Origin: an uncultured virus (IMG/VR IMGVR_UViG_3300031707_000002)
Taxonomy: Duplodnaviria; Heunggongvirae; Uroviricota; Caudoviricetes
Length of the DNA stretch: 64,000 bases
Virus record (IMG/VR): IMGVR_UViG_3300031707_000002
Reading direction: 5' to 3' (one strand)
Shown here: positions 51,237-59,879 of the stretch, piece by piece
How positions within the stretch are numbered: position 1 is the first letter of the stretch
How the letters are laid out: each line of letters begins with the position of its first letter
Notes under the pieces: generated by a model
What the model was told of the DNA's origin: nothing
What the model saw: the letters and a program-made list of their open reading frames with translations, nothing else
Databases searched by the model: none
Position numbers and translations under genes: made by a program

Positions 51237-53762
51237 CTATATAGAAGAAAACAAACCGTGGTCTATCCCACCATAATCACCCGACTCTAAAACCTTCACC
51301 AACTTCAACTCTTTCCCTGTCTTTGGATCAATCCTCTTAGGCATAACCCAACTATCATCAGACTGAGCTTCCTGTCTCAACCCAAGTGTAAACACTATAT
51401 CCCCAACAACCTCAGCATTAGTACGGCCAGCAAAATAAGAAGGATCAGCTTCAACAGCGTTCGCACAAGCGGCAACAAGAGCATCACTACAACCCTTGTC
51501 CCCTCTTGTACCATCATCATTTACATCAGGGTGATCTACCTTCTTAGATTCTACGAAATGATTAAGGTTAAAAAACTCCCGCTCCAAAATGGAGTAGTTG
51601 TACATAATAAGTCTATCTTCATAGATCAAATCCACTACTTGAAGATAAGCAGAGTCATCCTTATCAACAGACCTTCTCGCAGCATTAAAAGAGTTTGCTG
51701 TAAATATCTGAATTGTATCTTCTGATTGGTACTGATCTAACGAAATCTTCCCAAACCTCATACCCATCTGCCGAAGTTCAAAGATAAACTTACGGATTTT
51801 AGTGAATGAAATCCTATCAGGACTCTTGGGGGCCATCACAGACAAAACAATATCAGTCTCCAATTTTGGTATTCTCAACATCGTATTCGGGTCTTCGATC
51901 ATCTCCGCTATGTGAACAATAGCAAGACCCAAAGTATCATGTGTTGTTGCATAGTCAAGGTGAACATACCTCAATGCTTCATGGTGACGTATTAGCCCCT
52001 TGTAACTCGCCTTCCCACTCTCAATCACTTTGTTAAACATCAATTCTGGTAGAAAATAATCTATAAGATGCTGTGTTGTTTTCAGGGATATTGTAAAAGT
52101 CTCTTTTGTAAAAGGATGTCTTATCTCTGAAGAAATACACTTCTGCCAAGCATACTTCGAGGAAAACAACTTACCAGACGGTGATATAGACACACCAGCA
52201 ATATTCCTCAAAGCTCCATACACATCATCTATAAAGTTTTGCTTAAAGTCCATCGGAACTGCTACGAAATTATCTATAAACTTAGCTGGTAACTTTACCA
52301 TAACATCAGACACAGCTTTATCCGTGTCCACACTCTTACCATCTGCAATCATCTTATCCCTAATATCAATAATCTTGGCTCTTATAGCATCAGAACTCAT
52401 AGGAATAAGACCATTTACAGACGTAACAATAAAAGCATCTTCATTTTCAGAACCCTGAAATACAAAGAACCTATCATTAGAGTAGTTCCCCGGCTTAACA
52501 TCCCAAAGAGTCGTAATAAAAATCGTCGCTGAGTTGTACTGTCTGGCTTGCCTAATTCGAGAAGAAACAAATGAAGACTGAATTGAAGCAGACGAAATAA
52601 TAGCAGAAAATCCAGGGTCATAACCCTTCATCATAAACCGAGACATACGACGGTCTGTAACTTCCCTGTAAATCTTAGCCGCCTTTGCAGCATCACCAAC
52701 TGAGGCACCTGAACCACCCCTACGGTAGAAGTCAGCCTCATCCATAATACACCCAAACAAGTTCGTTGATATAACAGAGAGATTATCAGAACCCGGAAGG
52801 ATTGCTATACGTTGAGGAAATTTGAGGATGGACTTGTATGTTCGGTCACGCGGGAACTCTTTTCGGAAGTACGGTATTGAATCCACCATCGACCTAAACT
52901 GCCCAAACCCAACTCTCTCCGCATGTGTCATGTTAATTGACAAATATGCAAACACTATGTCCGTCATGTCAGACAAACCAAACAATCTCTGAGGATAGTC
53001 ATAACAAGACAATTCATAAAGTTTTCTAAGCCAACACACGAAAGCGAAGGTAGTCTTACCTGCACCTATTGAATTATGAACAAAAACACCAGAGGAAAGA
53101 GCAAAGTTATGGTATTTCTCTACCTCAAAATCATACACATCCTCTTTTTCCTCCAACTTTCTAACCACCACTACTCTTACAGGACAGGTTAAAAAACTCA
53201 TCAAACCATCACCCGCCAAAAGCTCTTCCGCACTTCTATAAGAACCATCATCCAACATCCACAAATGATCAGGAGTACATCGTTCTTTACCTCCATTACT
53301 AAGAACTACCTCTACAATATCTTTTTGCAAACCTGTTTTTCTACATCTACTTGCAACACCAATGCCATAATGACCATCCAAAGAACAAGATACTACATCA
53401 AAAACATGACCAGATTCAGCTAACTCTTTTATTGTTCTATCCCGAAGGTCATATAACCGTATCTTAGTAGAACCAACAAAACATCCAGTAATTATAGTTT
53501 CAGGTTTTTTAGAGTCTATATAAGTTGGTAATGCTTCCTTCCAGTACGGATACAAGTCTTTCGCAAGTGATCCCAAATAATATGTGTAATTTACCCACTT
53601 ATTAACAGGTACAATCTCTTTTACCTGAGTAGCTTTTAATACACCAGTCTCTTCAGAGATTGCACGACCCAACAAGCTCTCAATAGCGGAAAATTGAGAA
53701 TCACCTATACCCTCAAAGAACTTTAGGGTTTCAGGAGAGATTTTTTCTGGGATCTCTGACAT
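51237..53762 (-). CDS. terL: Terminase large subunit with intein
   Basis: Spliced Walker A G|SIGAGKT, Walker B 'CIMDEAD', nuclease 'YVHLDYA..HD', 'LDQYQS', 'KVDHP...KGCSDA'. Confidence 0.88.
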   Translation of the reverse strand: MSEIPEKISPETLKFFEGIGDSQFSAIESLLGRAISEETGVLKATQVKEIVPVNKWVNYTYYLGSLAKDLYPYWKEALPTYIDSKKPETIITGCFVGSTKIRLYDLRDRTIKELAESGHVFDVVSCSLDGHYGIGVASRCRKTGLQKDIVEVVLSNGGKERCTPDHLWMLDDGSYRSAEELLAGDGLMSFLTCPVRVVVVRKLEEKEDVYDFEVEKYHNFALSSGVFVHNSIGAGKTTFAFVCWLRKLYELSCYDYPQRLFGLSDMTDIVFAYLSINMTHAERVGFGQFRSMVDSIPYFRKEFPRDRTYKSILKFPQRIAILPGSDNLSVISTNLFGCIMDEADFYRRGGSGASVGDAAKAAKIYREVTDRRMSRFMMKGYDPGFSAIISSASIQSSFVSSRIRQARQYNSATIFITTLWDVKPGNYSNDRFFVFQGSENEDAFIVTSVNGLIPMSSDAIRAKIIDIRDKMIADGKSVDTDKAVSDVMVKLPAKFIDNFVAVPMDFKQNFIDDVYGALRNIAGVSISPSGKLFSSKYAWQKCISSEIRHPFTKETFTISLKTTQHLIDYFLPELMFNKVIESGKASYKGLIRHHEALRYVHLDYATTHDTLGLAIVHIAEMIEDPNTMLRIPKLETDIVLSVMAPKSPDRISFTKIRKFIFELRQMGMRFGKISLDQYQSEDTIQIFTANSFNAARRSVDKDDSAYLQVVDLIYEDRLIMYNYSILEREFFNLNHFVESKKVDHPDVNDDGTRGDKGCSDALVAACANAVEADPSYFAGRTNAEVVGDIVFTLGLRQEAQSDDSWVMPKRIDPKTGKELKLVKVLESGDYGGIDHGLFSSI
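53073..53483 (-). mobile_element. Mini-intein (137 aa) in terminase Walker A
   Basis: Starts CFVGSTKI, 'CTPDH', ends 'YHNFALSSGVFVHN' followed by Ser. Confidence 0.92.
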
Positions 53763-54393
53763 CTTTGTAGTTCTCTACTGCGTCAAGAAACTTGTTTATA
53801 TCTGTCTGAAGCATCAACGGAAGAAACTTTTTGATTTTCTTCTCCGACCAATCCCACCACTTAACCTGAAGAAGCCTCTCAATAATCTTCTCATCAAACC
53901 GCATCCGAATTACCTTTGCAGGATTACCACCCACAATTGCATACGATGGAACATCTTTGGTAACAACTGAGTTTGCTCCTACAGCCGCACCATCACCTAC
54001 TGTAACACCGGGAAGTATAGTCACCGAGTCACATATCCAGACATCATTTCCGATAACCACCGGACCCTTCACCCGACCGTGCCCACTAACCCCTTCTGCC
54101 GCATCCCAAAGAACAGGGAAAGGGTAGGTAGTCACCCAATCAGTTCTATGATCTCCACCAATCATCACAGTTAAACAATCAGAAATAGAACAAAAAGAAC
54201 CTATGGTCAAGCTACCGCCGTACTCCAGCCTACCCAAGATACTCGTGCGTCCAATATATGTGTGTCTCCCCACAGAAACCCAAGGACACCGTTGTTTGAA
54301 AACATCTGTAAAAAGCACAGCATCACGACGGCACTCTATGTTGAACTTCTGCCGATCCTTCTTGTCCATTCTATCAATCTCAATAGACATCAC
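53731..54393 (-). CDS. Hexapeptide-repeat O-acetyltransferase (CatB/Vat-related family)
   Basis: 'IGSFCSIS', 'HRTDWVTTYPF', 'IGNDVWI', 'VVTKDVPSYAIVGGNPAKVIR.RF', 'KWWDW'. Confidence 0.9.
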   Translation of the reverse strand: MMSIEIDRMDKKDRQKFNIECRRDAVLFTDVFKQRCPWVSVGRHTYIGRTSILGRLEYGGSLTIGSFCSISDCLTVMIGGDHRTDWVTTYPFPVLWDAAEGVSGHGRVKGPVVIGNDVWICDSVTILPGVTVGDGAAVGANSVVTKDVPSYAIVGGNPAKVIRMRFDEKIIERLLQVKWWDWSEKKIKKFLPLMLQTDINKFLDAVENYKDVRDPRKNLS

Positions 54394-54395
54394 CT

Positions 54396-54578
54396 TTACC
54401 TCTTAATTCCGCGCAGCTTATCCACCAGTGCCAGCATCTCCTCACTCGGCCTCTGTACCTCTCCTACCTGCACATCCTCAACTAGAGGCTTCCTACGAGG
54501 CTTATCCCCGCAACACCCTACTGGCCCCTGCTTCGCAAACCCACCCCCATGAGTCCTCAAAGGATTGTCTCTGTTCAT
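54396..54578 (-). CDS. Small hypothetical protein
   Basis: 60 aa, AGGAG RBS. Confidence 0.5.
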   Translation of the reverse strand: MNRDNPLRTHGGGFAKQGPVGCCGDKPRRKPLVEDVQVGEVQRPSEEMLALVDKLRGIKR

Positions 54579-54606
54579 ACTACTAACTCCTTGTTTTCCC
54601 TCACAA

Positions 54607-54909
54607 TTACATCACCTCATCAGTATCTCTCTGCACGTCTTCTACCTTTTCATAAGTAGCTAAAAATATGTCATTTCGGCAAGGATAAAATTCTCCTTTT
54701 ACATCACGAATAATGTAATCACCAATATTAGCTACAAAAACACCTTCAAGTGTAGTTATTTTGAATTGACCGTCTGTTGGATCAATACCATAACCGCAAT
54801 CCAAAAAACTTCCCTTATTCGTTATACCAAGAAACTCGTATAACTCATCAAGACTATATTGTGTTAGCTGAACCGCCTCAATAATAACTGGCTTTTTTCG
54901 ATACTTCAT
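54607..54909 (-). CDS. Conserved phage protein (KKPV...GDYII...GEFYPC type)
   Basis: 'MKYRKKPVIIEAVQ...TLEG...GDYII...GEFYPC..DIF..TYE'. Confidence 0.8.
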   Translation of the reverse strand: MKYRKKPVIIEAVQLTQYSLDELYEFLGITNKGSFLDCGYGIDPTDGQFKITTLEGVFVANIGDYIIRDVKGEFYPCRNDIFLATYEKVEDVQRDTDEVM

Positions 54910-54927
54910 TTACATTTTTACCTTTCT

Positions 54928-54992
54928 TGGTTTCAGTTTACTAACTCTTCGGTTTTCAGGATCAATGCTGTAAACCACTCGACCAACTCTCC
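54928..54992 (-). pseudogene. Degenerate, truncated tRNA-Ser-like sequence
   Basis: 5' half GGAGAGTTGGTCGAGTGGTTTA...CTGAAAACC resembles tRNA-Ser(TGA); anticodon stem is mismatched and no T-arm is visible. Confidence 0.5.
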
Positions 54993-54999
54993 AAGTAAA

Positions 55000-55087
55000 T
55001 ACGGGGGATGGGACTCGAACCCACAGGCTCCCTTTCGGGAAAAGCGAATTTTAAGTTCGCCGTCTATGCCAATTCGACTACCCCCGC
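55000..55087 (-). tRNA. tRNA-Leu(TAA)
   Basis: Anticodon arm GCGAA-CTTAAAA-TTCGC, long variable arm, T-loop GGTTCGAGTCC, paired acceptor stem; CCA not encoded. Confidence 0.92.
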
Positions 55088-55092
55088 AAAAA

Positions 55093-55172
55093 TACGGGTG
55101 AAGGGACTCGAACCCCCACGCTTTCGCATCAGATTTTGAATCTGAGATGTCTACCAATTCCATCACACCCGC
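55093..55172 (-). tRNA. tRNA-Leu(CAA)
   Basis: Anticodon arm TCAGA-TTCAAAA-TCTGA, variable arm GCGAAAGC, T-loop GGTTCGAGTCC; CCA not encoded. Confidence 0.92.
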
Positions 55173-55177
55173 AAGTA

Positions 55178-55573
55178 TTACTCATAAACTCTCTTTTTTC
55201 CCACCCACGGAATCCCACCCGCCTTTACAAACTTCTTAGTAGACACCTCAGAGTCAAGTGTTTCCCTGACTCTTGGAACCCAAGCCTCGCCAGACCGCAA
55301 CTTCATATCCCCGTCTGTCCAACGGATCATAGGAACTTTTCTAACCGGATGCAATTGCTTCTCATCCATCTCCCCACAACGTATCAACCTACCATGCCTG
55401 TCATACACCCGAAAACAAAGGTCTTTTTGTGCAGAACTCCATTTGAAAATCTTTGCCCTCGCCACACACTCTTCACATCCCCGCTCAGATGCCGAACGGT
55501 AGATTGTAGTCCAAACACCACTCCTATCCAAAACATCAAGAGACCACCTCCTTCTCAGTTTTTTGACATACAT
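55178..55573 (-). CDS. Hypothetical protein
   Basis: 131-aa ORF. Confidence 0.5.
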   Translation of the reverse strand: MYVKKLRRRWSLDVLDRSGVWTTIYRSASERGCEECVARAKIFKWSSAQKDLCFRVYDRHGRLIRCGEMDEKQLHPVRKVPMIRWTDGDMKLRSGEAWVPRVRETLDSEVSTKKFVKAGGIPWVGKKRVYE

Positions 55574-55745
55574 AAGAGCACTCCGGTAATCTTACCAATT
55601 TAGGGTAGTATGTTCCGTGACTTACAGGCTTACCATATTTCAAACAAATATGAAGACTCTTGTTCTTTGGAAACCTCTCTCTGCCACTCTCTTCAGGTGA
55701 CACATAACCACAAAACTCGTCACAAAAACACGCAGTCGATGTCAT
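55536..55745 (-). CDS. Small Cys-rich hypothetical protein
   Basis: 69 aa, overlaps lipase stop. Confidence 0.45.
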   Translation of the reverse strand: MTSTACFCDEFCGYVSPEESGRERFPKNKSLHICLKYGKPVSHGTYYPKLVRLPECSYVCQKTEKEVVS

Positions 55746-56578
55746 ACCGTCACCCGACTTCTCACAATCCCCATAAAATGCACACCCTCACCATCCTTGA
55801 TTGACTTACAATACTTTATCCAAGCATCAGTTGTTGTACTGTAAAAATGATCCTTAATCTTGTTAAACATAATATGAAAAAAAGGCTCCTCAAGTTTCAT
55901 AGGCTTGCCAGCATGTTGAAACCCTGCAAACTCTGGTGGAAGATACTGTGTAAACTCATACCCATGATGAATATTGATGTAGTTTATGGGAAGACCGTCT
56001 ACTTCATCACAAAATTCCTTAGTACCAACACGAGGAGCACCATGAGCTACACAAACACAAGGAAGTCCCAGATTCTTAGCCTTATCCCTTGCTGACAAAA
56101 TAGTAAGTGCTCCACCCCGCGAATGTCCAGTATCGAGAATTGGAGGAAGATTATTTTCTCTCCAAATCTCCCCAAGACGTGTCTTCTTGTCTGCCATCAT
56201 GTGCGTCTTATCATAAGCATATTTTTGAAGATACTCTTGAAAGGTCTGCTTATAGTACAGCCAAGACTTGTAAAAATCACAGTGAATATAGCCAGCCTTC
56301 GTACTACCATCACCAACATACACCAAATATTTCTCTGGACTTGGATCTTGTAGAGGGAACGCATCAAAATCACCTATCCACGCAGCAAGATCCTTTGTTC
56401 CTCGAAAAGAGAAAACTATCTTATCTGGAAACTCCGCTATGTATGCAAAATCTTTATCATTCTCCAACGCCGTGTAGATTGAATTTTCAAATTCTGGAAA
56501 CTTGTCAATAGGAGGACGCTCGTGCATCCCATGACTTGCTGCCTCTGCATACATCCACGACTTTGCAAAACTATCCAT
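55742..56578 (-). CDS. Class 3 lipase / alpha-beta hydrolase
   Basis: 'VFSFRGT', 'TGHSRGGAL', 'GAPRVG', C-terminal 'DH'. Confidence 0.88.
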   Translation of the reverse strand: MDSFAKSWMYAEAASHGMHERPPIDKFPEFENSIYTALENDKDFAYIAEFPDKIVFSFRGTKDLAAWIGDFDAFPLQDPSPEKYLVYVGDGSTKAGYIHCDFYKSWLYYKQTFQEYLQKYAYDKTHMMADKKTRLGEIWRENNLPPILDTGHSRGGALTILSARDKAKNLGLPCVCVAHGAPRVGTKEFCDEVDGLPINYINIHHGYEFTQYLPPEFAGFQHAGKPMKLEEPFFHIMFNKIKDHFYSTTTDAWIKYCKSIKDGEGVHFMGIVRSRVTV

Positions 56579-56589
56579 AAATCCTCCTG

Positions 56590-57246
56590 TTACCTTTTGA
56601 CAAGTCCAAGAAACTTCTCTAACAACTCCTTCTTGGCTTCTCCTTGTATCCCGTAAGGATGAATTATGAAAGCATTATCCAAAACATCACCATCATAATC
56701 CCTTGAATGTTTATTAAAAATATCGTTCTTCCACACACAAACATGACTCTTATTTTCTTCTTGATTACAAAAAAAGTCTATGGCTCTCTGCTCACAGCCA
56801 TCATGTAAGTAAGAACAACCCGGACATCTTAACTTACATGGATCAGAATAACCAACCTTCCCATAAACATCCCTCAAAAAAGACTCTGACCAAGAACAAC
56901 TCTTTACAAAGAAAACCCCTGCATTAACACTGCCATTATCAGCCCTTACTCTACTATCACGATCTCTTGTAATAACAAAATCATTTTCAAAAAACTGCTC
57001 CAACCTCATACCCATATCAACAATCACCGCATCAGCGTCAATCCACACTATACCATCGTATATTGGGGTATAAGTTTGTATAAGTCGTATTTTACTCCAA
57101 ACCAAAGGTCTATCGGTAACTACACTACTACCGACAGATATTAGTTTATATTTATTCCTTTCACAATACTCAAACTTATTCCCAAGAGTCTGCAATGCGT
57201 AATCACTAATCTCATGTGTATGCATCGTCAAAACAGCAATTTTCAT
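56590..57246 (-). CDS. Glycosyltransferase, GT34/galactosyltransferase-like
   Basis: 'NKFEYC', 'WSKI', 'VWIDADA', 'NAGVFFVK', 'EQRA', 'FIIH'. Confidence 0.82.
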   Translation of the reverse strand: MKIAVLTMHTHEISDYALQTLGNKFEYCERNKYKLISVGSSVVTDRPLVWSKIRLIQTYTPIYDGIVWIDADAVIVDMGMRLEQFFENDFVITRDRDSRVRADNGSVNAGVFFVKSCSWSESFLRDVYGKVGYSDPCKLRCPGCSYLHDGCEQRAIDFFCNQEENKSHVCVWKNDIFNKHSRDYDGDVLDNAFIIHPYGIQGEAKKELLEKFLGLVKR

Positions 57247-57914
57247 CGTATGTACGGAATCCTGTGGTAAGGTGCGGGTATTCTTTCCGGTCCTATCAAA
57301 GAATATCTTCGTAGGTTCGACAAATGGTAATGATACAACAGCACTTTATCACAAGGGTTCTTTACAGTATACCCGACCTTTACAAACTCATAAGCAAGTC
57401 TTAGATCACACCCAAATATCCCTTGAGTAAAGTCACAAAACAAATTCTTCTCATCCTTCAAAAAATTCCCTCTGAAAATCCAACAATCCTGCCTGTCCGT
57501 CATAATATCACCAGCAATAAACGGAACAACACTCAAAACATCCCTTCTCGAAACACACCAAACCTCATCATAAGTGATGTTAAAAATGTAAGGCAAAGAA
57601 CTGTGTTCAAGCCAGCAATCTGAATTTATTATTACATTTATATCGTTTGGGAGAGAAACCTCTTTTATCAAGTCAAAATACTCCCTAAAAGTAGGTCTTC
57701 CGTCTATCAACTGTATTGAAGCAATATCTGGAAGACCAACCTGAGTTTGTTGGTAAGAATAAACCAACTCTGCGTCACGAACAGGGTCAGGATCAACATA
57801 CAGGTTGTAAAAAATATTGATCATGTATGGAAATCTATGGTTGATGGAATAGACATCCAATGCGTGACCTTCCATGAAGAATCGTCTTCGCGGTCCCCGC
57901 ACCAATCCGACCAC
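57243..57914 (-). CDS. Putative glycosyltransferase-like protein
   Basis: 'IINSDCW', 'SR', 'QDCWIF', 'G..GCD.RLA', 'NP', 'YHYH'; true start probably downstream of the track start. Confidence 0.55.
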   Translation of the reverse strand: MVGLVRGPRRRFFMEGHALDVYSINHRFPYMINIFYNLYVDPDPVRDAELVYSYQQTQVGLPDIASIQLIDGRPTFREYFDLIKEVSLPNDINVIINSDCWLEHSSLPYIFNITYDEVWCVSRRDVLSVVPFIAGDIMTDRQDCWIFRGNFLKDEKNLFCDFTQGIFGCDLRLAYEFVKVGYTVKNPCDKVLLYHYHLSNLRRYSLIGPERIPAPYHRIPYIR

Positions 57915-58045
57915 CCAACCTCTTTTTGATACTTGACCTGAAAAACAACCTTCTGTCGGTGTTCTGGAAGTCCAACCTCACATAATCCAAGTACCCACAC
58001 ATTATCATCTGGCAACCAACCCTCTACCTTTATCCACGTATGCAT
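57821..58045 (-). CDS. DUF551-like small phage protein
   Basis: 'WIKVE..LP...VL...VTHWM..P'. Confidence 0.7.
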   Translation of the reverse strand: MHTWIKVEGWLPDDNVWVLGLCEVGLPEHRQKVVFQVKYQKEVGWSDWCGDREDDSSWKVTHWMSIPSTIDFHT

Positions 58046-58049
58046 AATC

Positions 58050-58316
58050 TTACTTCCTACCTCTCTTGCTTTTATGAAACTTCAAAGTCGAAGAAGCATC
58101 TTTACTACTTAAAGCATACTCAGGTGGAACTTCGTTGTCGTGAAATGACCTTACAACAAATGTATAATGATTCTCTGGATCTTTAGGAACCCTGTACTTA
58201 AACCCTACAAGAGCCACATCACACTTCTTATCCTTTGGGTCTGAAATATCCGGGGTAAGTAAGAAAGATCCCCAATGATCAATCAAATCTTCAGCAACGT
58301 CAACGATAATCCTCAA
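58050..58316 (-). CDS. Hypothetical protein
   Basis: TTG start with AGGAGG RBS, just downstream of the structured RNA. Confidence 0.6.
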   Translation of the reverse strand: MRIIVDVAEDLIDHWGSFLLTPDISDPKDKKCDVALVGFKYRVPKDPENHYTFVVRSFHDNEVPPEYALSSKDASSTLKFHKSKRGRK

Positions 58317-58334
58317 TAGACACCTCCTGTAATT

Positions 58335-58436
58335 AAAAAAGCCCGTAGGATAACTGGAAGGAAAAACGAGTCCCCACTAAACTCGTACCAGAACCTTACG
58401 GCAACCGGCTTCCAGTAGATCAAACCCTACGGGCTA
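58335..58436 (-). ncRNA. Nested multi-stem structured RNA ending in a U-tract
   Basis: P1 AGCCCGTAGG/CCTACGGGCT, P2 ACTGGAAG/CTTCCAGT, hairpin with GTAA tetraloop, hairpin ACGAGT/ACTCGT. Confidence 0.7.
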
Positions 58437-58438
58437 CA

Positions 58439-58905
58439 CTACTTTCTTTTTTCAGTTTTCGTAGAACAACAACTCTTAGTTCCATCAGGGAACTCGTAAG
58501 TAAGCGTTCTTTCTAACAAATCTACCTTTAACTTCTCCCCTGTCAAATTAAAGTACATTGTCATAAGTCTTATCATGTGTAAACTCAACTCCCTTACCAA
58601 GTCACTATCCGTCGTAAGCTCAACTCCCTTACCAAGTCACTATCCGTCGTAAGATCCGAATTGATAATCTGCGTCAAAGAAACTACATCCCCGACAATTT
58701 TCTCTTGTTGCTCTCTCTGATCCCGCTGATTAACGGGTGAAGGCCGCACAAGATTTACCGTATTCAAAAAAGAAGACAATTCCACATCACTTACTTTCTT
58801 CTCTATAACTTCCTGTCCCTTATCTCTGTTCTTCCATGAAAAAACAAGCCAACGTGCAACATCAACTATACAATCAGACAAACTTATTCTCATACTCTCC
58901 TCCAA
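58439..58905 (-). pseudogene. Gene frameshifted by a 35-bp tandem duplication
   Basis: Removing one repeat copy fuses ORF 58594-58905 in frame with the downstream frame ending at TAG 58439-58441. Confidence 0.7.
58584..58653. repeat. Exact 35-bp tandem duplication
   Basis: CTCAACTCCCTTACCAAGTCACTATCCGTCGTAAG at 58584-58618 and 58619-58653. Confidence 0.95.
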
Positions 58906-58908
58906 TCA

Positions 58909-59661
58909 CTATACCATTCCAGCAATATCCGACAAATACAGCTTCCCACTCTTAGCAAGCAACTCAAGTATCCTCTTTCCTATTACGTTTCTCAAGGGTG
59001 ACTTTATAAACTTGAAAGCAACCTTAGTCATCTCTATATCAACCCTCTGCTGCTCTTTACCATCCAATTTCTTACTATTATCTACAATCAAAAAGTTTTC
59101 CCCTCCAAACAACGTCTGAAATCCTCCTATATTTCCCTGAACCTGATTCCATGCCTGTTTTACAAAATCCTCTGGAACACTTCTCTCCCTTTCTTCATTA
59201 CGCTCAATAGCTACCTCCAAAGAGGTATTTACAAAAACCATGTATGTATCATACCCTATCCTCTCCATAGTCTCTTTCTGCTTTGTAATCTTCGCTAAAT
59301 CCTTACCAGTACCGTCAATCACCAAAGGTAACATACCATTCACCCAATAACCCATACGAGTATCAGTAAGACGCTTCGCAGCCTCCCTTGCTGACAACTG
59401 CTTTGCATGAATCTCTTTGTTTGAAGGGTCTATGTCAAACGGAAGATTCTCTTTTTTCAAGTTTCTCTCAAATACAACATCAGAATTTACAAAATTAGCA
59501 AATCCAGCAAACATTTTCTTAGAGTAGAAGCTCTTGCCACTGCCCGGTCCCCCCGCCATAAACACACACTTGAACAAGTTCGCATCGTTTATGCTCTCTT
59601 TAATCTCATTATCCTTAACATCGTCTTCATACATATCTCTAAGAAGAGCTTTTACTGCCAT
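58909..59661 (-). CDS. P-loop kinase (zeta-toxin/AAA_33-like) with N-terminal LLRDMYE motif
   Basis: 'FMAGGPGSGKS', 'VNSD..FE', 'LVIDGTG', 'MVFVNTSLEVAIERN..RER.VP'. Confidence 0.85.
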   Translation of the reverse strand: MAVKALLRDMYEDDVKDNEIKESINDANLFKCVFMAGGPGSGKSFYSKKMFAGFANFVNSDVVFERNLKKENLPFDIDPSNKEIHAKQLSAREAAKRLTDTRMGYWVNGMLPLVIDGTGKDLAKITKQKETMERIGYDTYMVFVNTSLEVAIERNEERERSVPEDFVKQAWNQVQGNIGGFQTLFGGENFLIVDNSKKLDGKEQQRVDIEMTKVAFKFIKSPLRNVIGKRILELLAKSGKLYLSDIAGMV

Positions 59662-59676
59662 AAGTTTCTCCTGTGT

Positions 59677-59877
59677 TTAATTGATTTCTGAAAGTAACAC
59701 CTTCATCTTCTCTTGCTTACCCTGCATTAACTTCTCATAACAATCATCACACACCACGTCACACTCCTCTACAGGCTTATCAAATTCTTGCTTCATCTCG
59801 GCAATCGCCTCTTCGTCAGACCACGCTTTTTCAAAAGTACCTCCGCAGACACAACACTTGAAAGTATTGTCAGGCAT
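59677..59877 (-). CDS. Small zinc-finger protein
   Basis: CxxC ... CDDC. Confidence 0.6.
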   Translation of the reverse strand: MPDNTFKCCVCGGTFEKAWSDEEAIAEMKQEFDKPVEECDVVCDDCYEKLMQGKQEKMKVLLSEIN

Positions 59878-59879
59878 AA

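Noticed and set aside
53731..54393. Antibiotic-resistance gene (cat/vat)
   Set aside because: Family-level motifs only; the glycosyltransferase context favours a sugar O-acetyltransferase.
54933..55166. 77-aa minus-strand ORF in the track
   Set aside because: It lies entirely over the tRNA genes and is a spurious translation.
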